Origin: Zygnema circumcarinatum SAG 698-1b
Lineage: Eukaryota; Plantae; Zygnematophyceae
Direction: 5' to 3'
NCBI GenBank assembly: GCA_037447605.1
Contig: CM074807.1
Span: forward strand, 1,178,001 to 1,242,000
Length of the DNA: 64,000 bases
The number at the start of each line of letters is the position of its first letter. The stretch's first letter is position 1. The notes beneath the pieces are model-generated. The model saw nothing but the letters and a program-made list of their open reading frames with translations, was not told where the DNA came from and ran no database searches. Made by a program: the position numbers and the translations under genes. Of this stretch, positions 22,115 through 32,023 are shown one piece after another.

Positions 22115-25100
22115 CTACAGCGTGTGGGACACCACCCCCTTCATGCCATCGAATTCCTCGCTCTTCACCATACCCCAACCGACTTTCTCGTCATAAAGCA
22201 GCACATTGGAATGGAACTTCACGAGGCTCGTCCTATGCCCCACACTCACATACGTGCCCACCCTCTCTCTCACGAGCTCATACAGCTTCACCTCATTCAC
22301 ACTATCAAGAGCCGAGCTTGCCTCATCCAAAAAAGCCATCTCGGGCTTCTGCACTACCAATCTCGCAAAAGCAATTCTCTGCTGCTCTCCCATACTCAGC
22401 ACATCTGCCCAGTCCTCCTCCGCATCCAACCCTCCAAATCGAGAGGCCAAATCAGGGAGAGAAACCAACTCCAATGCATGGAGTAGCTCAGCCTCTCCCA
22501 CATGCTTTGACTCGCTCTCTGCGGAGGGAAAGAGAAGTTGGGCTCGCAGGTCTCCTAAGGGCATGTACGGCTTTTGGGGCAGAAAGAAGGTAGAGCTGCT
22601 GGAGGGAGCTTGAATGACTCCGTTTCCAGAATTCCACAGACCCGAAATGGCACGCAAAAGGGAGGATTTTCCACAGCCGGAGGGGCCCATTATAAGGAGA
22701 GACTCTCCAGGGAGGAGGGTCAAGGTGAGCCCTTCCGAGAAGAGAGAGGTTTGCAGGTTCGGTGATGATATGGAGAGGTTTTTCAGGATAAGGCCGGGAC
22801 CCTCTGTTCGGGTGATTTTTCCTGCAGAGGAAGGAAGTGGAGGGCTTCACTTGAAGAATGCATTCAGTTGGGGAGGGAGGAAGGAGGAGATAGAAAAGGG
22901 AAGAAGCTGAACGGGAGAATGAGCTTCGAGTTGGTAAAACAATCAAACTCTCATCTGACAAATTTCGACTTTGCCGAGAAAAAATGATTAGAGGGTCGAA
23001 ATGACGAGTGGAAAACGACTTTTCAAAAAGAGTTCAGCTCCTGAAGTCGGCAGAATCAAAAATTCAAATCATTTGCAGCTCCTGTCTTGGCCCCCTTTTT
23101 GTTAGAAGATGCAATTTCTTTCACTCACTCGTCGCCCCTCTCCCAACTCTTGAGAGAAGAGAAGCTCTCTCACCTGCAACTTCCTCACTGGACGCAGCTA
23201 CCACTGTCTTGGTTGCGTGCGTTCTTTCTCCTTCACTTCCAAGCTCCTTTCCTAATGAATAACCCCCCCAGGTCTAATGAGAGGAGATGAATCTACTCAA
23301 AAGGGGGGAAAAGATAGCTTCCTGGGAGTGGGAGGAGCAATACCTGAGGGAGAGGGAGCCCCCTGGCTACCGTGAGAGGGTGAAATGAGGAGGAGAGGAG
23401 TGTCCTCCTCCTCTCCATCCTGCTTTGCAAGAGACGACTTGCTTGGGGAAGTCTCCTCCTTTCTTTCCATGAGGGCAGAGAGAAGGATGTCTAGACGCTC
23501 TGTTTGAGCTGCAAGCCCACTGCATGAGGAAGGAGAGAGGAAGGAGAGGAGAGGTAAGAGAAGAAGGAAGGAGAACGACGACGGGAGGAGAGGACGGAGA
23601 GGGTAAACAGAAAGGATTGTTCAGCTTGGTGGCACACTATAGCGAAGCATAGGAAAAGTCTGTCGGCTTTTGCGTGAGGGAGGAAATGAACCTGAGTTCA
23701 TCAAATTTTTGAATGATGAAGGTGAGAGCATAGAGGATCGTACGGAAGGCAAAGGATGTCTGAGATATCACACCAAACTCCACCTACAGCAAAAACCCCC
23801 CACCAAAACCCTTCCTCTGCCTTCAATTGAGCCCCCAAGAACACACAAACAAACAACCCTAAAAACCCTAAAAACCACAATATTCTGTCGTTTAAAGCGA
23901 GCAAGGATTCATACAGCAACAAAAAATTGTCTAGGAAAAACCGTTAATGAAGGCCATTCCCCTTTTCCTATTAAGTTTCATTTAAGTCAAGTTCATCTCT
24001 TGTCCTCTCCTACCCCCCTCTGAGTGGGAGGAGACAATGAAGCACCTCTCCTGCAAAGTATCTGGGTGCGATTATGAGAGCCGGAATGATGATGGTAGCG
24101 TACTCGTAGAAGTTCTGAAAGAGGGAGAGGTGGCGAGTCCATACGAGGCGTTCCCGCATGTTCTCGACCAGTCTTAGGAAAAGGTTCTGCCAAACATTAC
24201 TCAGACAGAAGAAACTTTACACTCAAACCAAAGAGCAAACTTACAAGAGAAGAAAGAGAACAAAGAAGAAACCACATAGAAGAATGAAGGATGAGAAAGT
24301 GAGTGATGGAGAACAAGCAAACTGAAGCATGGATACCGACTTTCCGCAGTTGAAGTATCGATGAGAAGGAGGGGGTTGGTGAGGTTTTCAGAGAGAGGAG
24401 TATACAGCAGTGGAGGCAGCCTCTCTCCCTTCGCCGCGATAAAAAGCGATGGACTCTGCATTCTCGCGAATTCTCACGAGGGAGTATCGGAAGTTGGCCT
24501 CTCTTTGGAGGCTCTGGATAACAAGAAAGGTTGAGAAACAGGGGAGAATAAGCTCACTGAAAGGAAAGGAAAGGAATGGCATCCATCAAGCAAGTTATGA
24601 TGCTTCAGACTTTGTCAATCTACGTTGTCTATGTCTTCCGCATGGAGCCCACCTCAAAGTGCAGAATCATGAGTTTGCGGCCAAACACACGAAGGCTGAG
24701 GTACACGCACGCTATGGAGTAGAGGAGGAGAAAGTACACCAAGGTGGGGGATATGGACCTGCGGCACGCGAGCATCCCTCATGTGTAAGCAAAACGTGAC
24801 ATAGTGTATGTATGCCATGCATACACATGCCATGCATACACATGTGATGTGAAGTAGTGGGTGTGCACACACCACAACACCCCCGAAAAGGCCGCCACGT
24901 TGAGAAGTTTCCCCGTGACGACGATGATGATGTTGACCGTGCTCGCGGTGAAGTCGCGCACATCCTCCGCAATGCGTTGGTCGGGATTGTCCACTCCCCC
25001 CTCCATCTTTATGTTAAAGTACGACCGCTTCGCTGCCCTCCCTCCCCCCCCAAAGGGCAGCTCAGACAGAGTATGTGGGTTTGCAGGATGCTCGGGTAAA

Positions 25101-27273
25101 TTGTTTGAAGGGAAAATAGGTGAAGGTTTGGAGGGATGGGGAGGGGTTTACCGAAGTAGCTGGAGAGAAGCTGACTTGTGAGCCATATGCGCCATTCCAA
25201 CGCCAAGAGGCCCTGACATTCGGACACATTTGTCAACCGGCTGGTCATGCAAAAGAACAGATTTTCTCTTTTCTATTTTAAAGATAAGGTAGATTTGGCA
25301 ATTCAGTAGATAGTGATTCCCAGAAACACATGGGTGGAAGCAGTAGCTTGGCAACTGCATCACCCATTTTCCTCCTTTTAGCAACACTCACGCATACCTT
25401 ACCTGTACATAGTCGTATACTGCAAACAGAGGGGCCGCGAAGCTGACAATGGCGATGAACTTCCAAATGGCTAAGTAGAATCCTGGTTTGTCCTTGTTCG
25501 AGAGGGCAGTGGAGAAGTCCCGCTGCGTGTAAGAGAGGATGACAAAAAGACCTGCATATGGAGTTTCAAGCTGGTTAGGAGAGTGCCTGAAAGGAAAGGA
25601 GCCGCACAGTTTACAGAAGAGATAACCATAATGCATTACACTATGTTCACTTAGAGTAAGAACAATTGCGAACCCACAAATTTTACTTCTTTCCCAACTG
25701 CGAACCCACAAATTTCACTTCTTTCCGTTTGAGAGGGAGGAAGAAACCTGTGCTGGCAGCGCAGAGCAGCAGCATGAGCCCAAAAATTCTTCGAGCTTTC
25801 CATTTTGCATCCCCCATGAAGAAGGCGATGGCTACCCGGTAGAACCGGCGGAGGAGAATCCAACTGGCAGAGAGCTGCTTGCTCTCGCCAAGACCTCCCA
25901 TTGGTCGATCTTTTTTTCGCTTCATTTTATTGGTTAATACCTCTTTATTGGGAGATCCATGGCCGGCTTCCTCCCCGCTTGATATGCTGGTTGGGCTCTG
26001 ATGGGTCCCATTCAGCCAATCACGGTAGAGATTTACGTAAGGAGAGACGAGCTATAGGTCATCGCAGAGAAAGAAGGTTCAGACTTCAAATTCAGAAACC
26101 ATGTTGAGAGGGCGTTTCTAATAGGTGGGTATAAATTTAAAGCTTTAAAGAAGCTGTTCCTTTCTGTGGTATTTCGGAAGTTCTTAGATGCACGATTATC
26201 CTGATTACGACACCTCAACATCAACAACGGTGAATTTGCTTGTGCAAGACACCACAGCGGGCTCATAGGTCACAGAAACGGCCAAACACATGTTCAGTAA
26301 GGTGTTTTCATGGGTAGAAAAGTAAGGAAAGGTCCTTGATTTCTGTCCCTCTATATCAAAGGTAACCAAACTGAATTTTCACCAACCATCCTCTTCTGTA
26401 ATCGGAATACACCTTACTGAAAACCATAGAATGTTGAACCCAAAAATTGGACACCCACATAAGGAGGCACCTATGATTAAAAATCACAGATCAATCAGCT
26501 GAGTGTGAAGCATAGGAAATGCTTGTTAGGTGAGCGTCCCTAGATTCCAAATGGTCGTTCGGTAATACAGGTACTGAATTCTCACATATATTTTTGCACT
26601 GACAGAATGTGTGAAACCCCGATTTGGATCGACGACAGACTTTTCATACTAATCTAATTGCTCTCAAAACTTCACTATAAAAAACGACCGTCTGCCTAAA
26701 GTTAATTAGTCCCGTTTCTCAGCACTTTCAGCAAAAATAAGGAGAGGAGGCCCTCATATTCCCGGTTTTTAGGATTTTCTGCTAAATCACCGATGAATTG
26801 TCAAACAAGCGCGATTACAGATGAATTTTAGCTTGTTTCAACACTCTTGAAATTTCCATGAAATTTATCTAATCAAAGGTTGTCCGGATGATCTCTCGTT
26901 TATGTGTCACATCTTGGAATTCGACTGGATTCTAAGCAAAAAAGAAAAAAGAAAAACAATGAGACGATGAAGAAGTCCAGAAGCAGTGAGTTCCTAAGCC
27001 TCGCCACCCGCCTTCCTCCGACCTGCCGGGCGCTGCCTCACCTTGAGCATGTCGTTCCCTTTCCCTGCTGCTGCCGCTGTGCGCCTGATAGGCGCCGAGG
27101 GCATCCCAGTTCAGCGCCGCGCCGGTCTTCCCTCCGCAGCCTGCCCGCCTGCCTACCTGCCTGCAATCTGCAACAGCCCTGGCCTGGCCTGGCCCTGCGC
27201 GGGAGATGCAGGAGCTGCCCGCGCACTGCACGCTCTTGCAGCTGCCTCGCCCTAAAACTTTGAAGAGGGCCAT
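22115..27273 (-). CDS. ABCD2: ABC transporter subfamily D half-transporter, ABCD2-like (probably plastid-targeted)
   Basis: Exons read on the minus strand: 27273-27042 (transit-peptide-like), one ending at 25748 (start uncertain, about 25.9-26.1 kb), 25551-25403, 25212-25152, 25032-24873, 24758-24653, 24513-24406, 24186-24046, 23783-23692, 23519-23344, 23251-23174, 22821-22115. Motifs: DNPDQRI, EAA-like REANFRYSLVRIRENAESIAFY, Walker A GPSGCGKS, signature LSMGEQQR, Walker B AFLDEAS, H-loop SVGH. Confidence 0.9.
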
Positions 27274-27426
27274 TCGTTCCGCATGCATGCATGCATGGTG
27301 GTGGAGCCGCGTGGTAGGGCCCTAGCACGGAAGACATTGGTCCGCTGAAAGCCTTTTTTTTTGGTGCGGTCCCAGGCCGTTGCGCGCGTTGTTGTTGTTG
27401 TTGGCTGCCCCCCTCCCCATCGCGCT

Positions 27427-27564
27427 GTTGGTGTTGGTGTTGGTGTTGGTGTTGGTGTTGGTGTTGGTGTTGGTGTTGGTGTTGGTGTTGGTGTTGGTGT
27501 TGGTGTTGGTGTTGGTGTTGGTGTTGGTGTTGGTGTTGGTGTTGGTGTTGGTGTTGGCGTTGGT
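27427..27564. repeat. (GTTGGT)n hexanucleotide microsatellite, about 23 units
   Basis: Near-perfect array with one GTTGGC variant, about 150 bp upstream of the ABCD2 start. Confidence 0.95.
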
Positions 27565-28262
27565 GTTGTCCCGCCCCGCGCACATTGCGCGGCGGCGCCC
27601 CGTGACCGACCGACCGACCGCTCATGATCATCGCGGGGGGCACAATCCGTCCATCGATGATGTCACGATGGATGGCGAGGCCATCAATTGGCCCCCGTTT
27701 CGAAACTCCGTCACGTGACGTGAAATGACGGATGGATGGATGGTAGAACCGCAAAAAAGTGGTTCCCTTGAACGAAAATAATTTTGCCTCGACACCCGTT
27801 TGGATGCTTCCTTCCTTCGCCAGTGCGCCCATCACTCCCTCGGGATGCACGGCCCCGGAAGCCCTCAACCGGCAATTTTGGCTACTTTTTTATCGACAGC
27901 GCATGTTCGTCGCCCTTCAGCGTTGCCTCGCTTCCAGTGTCCTTCATCGTGAAGCTGCGGTTGGTTGTTGGTGACCGTGTCGCTCCCTCCTCGTGATATG
28001 CCACACATCGGTGACCTGCGCGGCTGCTTCTAGGGAGGGCTGCGTTGTTGCGCCTAGGCGTAGTTTTCCGCTCTTAGCTTCTTTCTTTTGTGCTTAGGTC
28101 CTTTGCGACCAGTCCCTCGTGGTTCCCCATGTTGCTTTTGTCCATGCATATTTGATGGCCTCGCCATCGTGAGGTCAACGCCATTTCCCCCCCTTATGGA
28201 TGGATGGACGGCATCATATGAGATCGATTCCATATTCATCCTCCTGATGCAATGCAGCCTTA

Positions 28263-28586
28263 GGGTGGGTTTCCATCAGCCCGTTATTCCGACGTGGCGT
28301 CGTAATGGACGACGACCCATGGGTTCCATGAGGCCGTTTCCGCCGACGTGGCGCCGACGTGGCGCCACGTGGTAACGAGGCACCGTTCCACAGGATGCTG
28401 CTCCGGAGGTGGTGTAACGCCATTACGACCATCCGCGTGCCGCCACGTGGCTACCGAAGATCCGCCAGCGTGCGACTGCCACGCTGGCCAACGGCGTTCT
28501 GATGGAACTCGTCGTTCCATCTGAAAACGGCATCCTACGTGGACCGTAACAAGCTCGTTACGAAACGGGCTGATGGAAACCCACCC
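28263..28586. mobile_element. Tourist-like (PIF/Harbinger) MITE, 324 bp
   Basis: Perfect 23-bp TIRs GGGTGGGTTTCCATCAGCCCGTT / AACGGGCTGATGGAAACCCACCC. Flanks are TTA and TCA (TWA-like with one mismatch). Confidence 0.85.
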
Positions 28587-28595
28587 TCACCCTAA

Positions 28596-30384
28596 GGGTG
28601 GGTTTCCATCAGCCCGTTATTCCGACGTGGCGTCGTAATAGGGGGTCTCAGACTTAAACAAAACTTGGTAATCGTACAGCTTGGTAATTGGTAATCGGGG
28701 ATAGAGAAATTGGTAATAATGATTACTTTGCCGAACCTGTGCCGAACCAAATGCAAGTCAACGCTGGTAATCGTACAAGTCCGAAATTGGTCATGGGCGC
28801 CCCAGGACTTGGTAATCGTACAGCCTATCACCAGAAACTTATCACCACCCAAAACGGTGGTTTTCGGTCTCCGCGAAAGGAAATGGTAATGAAACGGGCG
28901 TCACCATGACGTCCACACCCCGGCCTGACATCCCCCTCCCCGCCCGCCGCCACAGGGGTCCGGGTTTGCAATTCAAAATTGCGGCATCTGACGTCAGGTA
29001 TCGGCGATCTACCCGCGCCGTTCGCAGCCTTTTTTTAAGTTTGAGACCCCCCCGCGCGGGCGAAGTTGGTCATCGCGCCTTTGGAAATTGGTCATACCGG
29101 CAAATGCGGAGTGGTGATAAAGTCACGTCGCGTCACGATCACGGTTACGTTCGGGGGGCGCGAGACTGGTGAAGTTGACTCGAAAACTTGGTAATCGTAC
29201 AGCTTGGTAATTGGTAATCGTTTTTTAAGTCTGAGACCCCCTAATGGACGACGACCCATGGGTTCCATGAGGCCGTTTCCGCCAACGTGGCGCCGACGTG
29301 GCTGCCACGTGGTAACGAGCACCGTTCCACAGAATGCTGCTCCGGAGGTGTAACGCCATTACGACCATTCGCGTGCCGCCACGTGGCTACCAAAGATCCG
29401 CCAGCGTGCGACTGCCACGCTGGCTGGAAGCCGTCAACGCTCGGTGACCACCGGTCGTGGTCCCAGGTCGCTTCAGCGCCGAGGAAGCTTCCCAAGGTGC
29501 AGCCATGGCTGCCGACTTACCTGAAAAACCACGAGGAGAAGCCCGAGTGCCTGCGAACGGACAACGGCCGTTCCATGAGCCAGTCAGCCAAACGACGTAG
29601 AAGCTCGTTGCAAGAGGGAGGGCTGCGGAGTTAAGCTCCGGTGCTTAACCCTAAAACAGACAGGGGATGAGCACCGAGGGGCCTCTCTTCCCATTCTCGC
29701 CTTAGGATTAGGGTTTGGAGACGGCTCTGGAGCATGCCGGAAGGGGGGGGGGTGCTCTCTCCCTTTACTTCTCGCGCCGTTGGAGATTTTCTGTTAGAGG
29801 GAAGAGGGAGATCACAATCTGTGAAAGTCTTATGGTTGTGTCGTCGCTCCTCCGCGCTTCAGAAGCAATTGATTAGGGTGGTAATTATTATTATTCTTCG
29901 TGTTTAATTAATTTGAGTACGTGATTGGCAAAATTTTCATTGTCAGATTTTTGCTTTCATTCTCATTCTTTTCATTTTTTTATGCTTGCATTTTGGAGAC
30001 GGGAAAAAACGAAAAGAGAGACGTATGTTGTCACATGTCCTTTCCACAGCTTCCACCACAACAATAATATTTAATTCTCTTGAATTGCGAGGCAAACGCC
30101 GCGAATGGCGTTGCTGCGAAAGGCAGGGAAGGAGGGAAGGGAAGGGAGGGGAAGTGGCGGCTGTAATGGCGGCGGCCGTCGCCTCCTGTTAACCCTAAAA
30201 AACTGTCAGCGGCGACGCGCGGACGGTAACCGCTGTGGGCCACGGCGCACGCTTCAAATCGTGCACGTGGCGATCGCTGATTGGAAAACGACGTTTTGAT
30301 GGAACTCGTCCTTTTATCTGCAAAACGACGTCCTACGTGGACCGTAATGAGCTCGTTACGAAACGGGCTGATGGAGACTGGCCC
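28596..30384. mobile_element. Longer element of the same MITE family, carrying a nested insertion
   Basis: Same left TIR at 28596 after TAA. 28596-28639 plus 29246-29424 match 28263-28488, and 30287-30384 match 28490-28586. It ends in a diverged TIR AACGGGCTGATGGAGACTGGCCC followed by TTA. Confidence 0.75.
28640..29242. mobile_element. 603-bp MITE with AGGGGG...CCCCCT termini and AAT target duplication
   Basis: TIR AGGGGGTCTCAGACTTAAA / TTTAAGTCTGAGACCCCCT, flanked by AAT on both sides. The empty site CGTCGT-AAT-GGACG is present in the sister copy near 28298. It contains internal repeats of TTGGTAATCGTACAG and a degenerate internal TIR copy near 29033. Confidence 0.9.
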
Positions 30385-30569
30385 TTACCCGTGTGACCTC
30401 TCGGGATACCGTAGAGAGGAAGTACCTCGGCTCTCCATCCCGTCGGTCACTGACCTCTGTCCATCTCCACCTTGCGAGCTACTCGCTCTGTTCCTGGGCA
30501 TGTGACGTGTACGAATGGGAGCTGCTCATTCGCGGGGAGCGGTGAAGCAGATTCTCTCGTGACGTCACA

Positions 30570-30860
30570 CATTTCCTCTGCATGCGTTATATGACGTCAT
30601 CGGAAAGGTGTTGACCCAGCCGTCCGATGTTGATCTCGATCTCGATCTTGATTTCTGCCGTTCCACGTGTCCGCGCGTCCTTGGCAGGTCCTTGCTCGTT
30701 TCCGGTTTTTTTGGTTCGGGCAAGAGCGCGTGCCGGGAGGGAAGGCGACGGCGACGGCACGTGGACGACACGTGAAAAAGATACCATTATGCTATAACTG
30801 TGCCACGTGGCATAACTTGAAATCCCAGGCTCCAGTGATTGCCACGTGGAAATATCTCTA
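30570..30860. promoter_or_regulatory. Cluster of ACGT-core bZIP motifs with an abutting evening-element core
   Basis: TGACGTCA twice and several CACGTG. GCCACGTGG is immediately followed by AAATATCT (30850-30857), about 1.2 kb upstream of ARM paralog 2. Confidence 0.45.
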
Positions 30861-31102
30861 TATTTTACCCCATTTTTGAAGTGCGAAAACGTTCGCGAGC
30901 CACGCCTTCAGTTGCAATAATCTGGAAACCGGTAGTGCTGCTGACGTACGCAACGCGTCACTAAATGCATTTATCATGATGCTTGCATGGGAGCGAACTA
31001 AATCTGTTTCATTTCTCACTGTTTCTATGTAATTTCTCAACTGTAACAGAACTTGCAGCATGCATACAGCGCCGTCTCGCGCTTTCTGACAGCGATCGAC
31101 TG

Positions 31103-31635
31103 CGGCCCTGGCACAGGCATCGTCAAATAAGGGATTTTTATTGAAAAAACCCCTTAAACACCTTGAAAGATACTCAGATTTTTCCCTTAATAGAATCCGC
31201 CTCTTCAATAGGGGGAGTCAGACCTTGACCATCGCCCGCGGAATTGAAAGTTTCCGCCGGCGGAAAGGTATTGATTTCAATTGCAGAATTCGGGTCGGAA
31301 ACCGCGGCTCCCCACGAACCTGTCTGTCCCGTCCGTACTTCGAAATAGGTTACAAAAATGAGTTACAGGCTCGGCAACCGAGCCTGTCGAACGTCCACTT
31401 TTGGCGAAAAAGGCCTGCCGTACAAAGCAGAATTGGCCCGACGGGCTGGCGAAATTGATTTGGCGATGGTCAAGGTCTGACTCCCCCTAATAATGAAAAA
31501 AAATAGAAAAAAAAAATACAAACAGAGAACAGAAAATATACAAATCCCTTAATTCCATTGAACGAAAAGTATCCCTTGAGTTTAAACGAGTTTTTATGGG
31601 AATTCCCTTATTTGACGACTCCAGGGCCTGGGCCC
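31103..31635. mobile_element. Harbinger-type MITE (about 250 bp without its insert) with CTG target duplication
   Basis: Imperfect ~33-bp TIRs: (C)GGCCCTGGC..TCGTCAAATAAGGGA on the left, TCCCTTATTTGACGA..CCTGGGCCC on the right. CTG flanks both sides (31100-31102, 31636-31638). Confidence 0.6.
31210..31488. mobile_element. 279-bp MITE with AGGGGG...CCCCCT termini and AAT target duplication
   Basis: Perfect 27-bp TIR AGGGGGAGTCAGACCTTGACCATCGCC / GGCGATGGTCAAGGTCTGACTCCCCCT. AAT lies at 31207-31209 and 31489-31491. Confidence 0.9.
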
Positions 31636-31857
31636 CTGTCGGCCGTCTTGTAGCGCAAGGCCACGTGTCTTTGTCGTCACTCACCAGTACGGACCGACGC
31701 TGCACGGCACTGTCACACTCTTGCTCGCACATGTGACGTCACACGTCGCGCGGCATCTGGTCGTCCGTACCATTAATCGTACATGTATCCGTACGGTCGC
31801 AGGAGGTGTGAAGGTGCCGGGGAGGAGCTTCCCGTTTAGGCCAAGGTTGCGGGGGAA

Positions 31858-31920
31858 GTTTAGGGTTAGAGGTAAGAATTAGGGTTCAGGGTCAGGATTA
31901 GGGTTGGGATGAGGGTTAGG
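31858..31920. repeat. Degenerate telomere-like (TTAGGG) run upstream of ARM paralog 2
   Basis: Several TAGGGTT variants, as in TTTAGGGTTAGAGG..TTAGGGTTCAGGG..TTAGGGTTGGG..AGGGTTAGG. Confidence 0.6.
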
Positions 31921-32023
31921 CTTGCGGAAGCGGGAAGAAGTCGGCAATGCATGGCTAGGGTGAAGATGGGGCTGTGAGCGGAGGGCGACCGCTGAAGGGG
32001 AGGGCTATCTCAGCGAGGCAGCC

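Noticed and set aside
27322-27718. Poly-NT, poly-VG, poly-LV and poly-HQ ORFs
   Set aside because: They are translations of the (GTTGGT)n microsatellite.
28661-29220. Repeated TTGGTAATCGTACAG units considered as a CRISPR-like array
   Set aside because: Spacing is irregular, the units lie inside a TIR element, the context is eukaryotic and there are no cas genes.
28640-29242. Alternative reading as a TA-duplicating (Tc1/mariner) element
   Set aside because: The paralogous empty site is consistent only with a 3-bp duplication, and AAT fits both family members.
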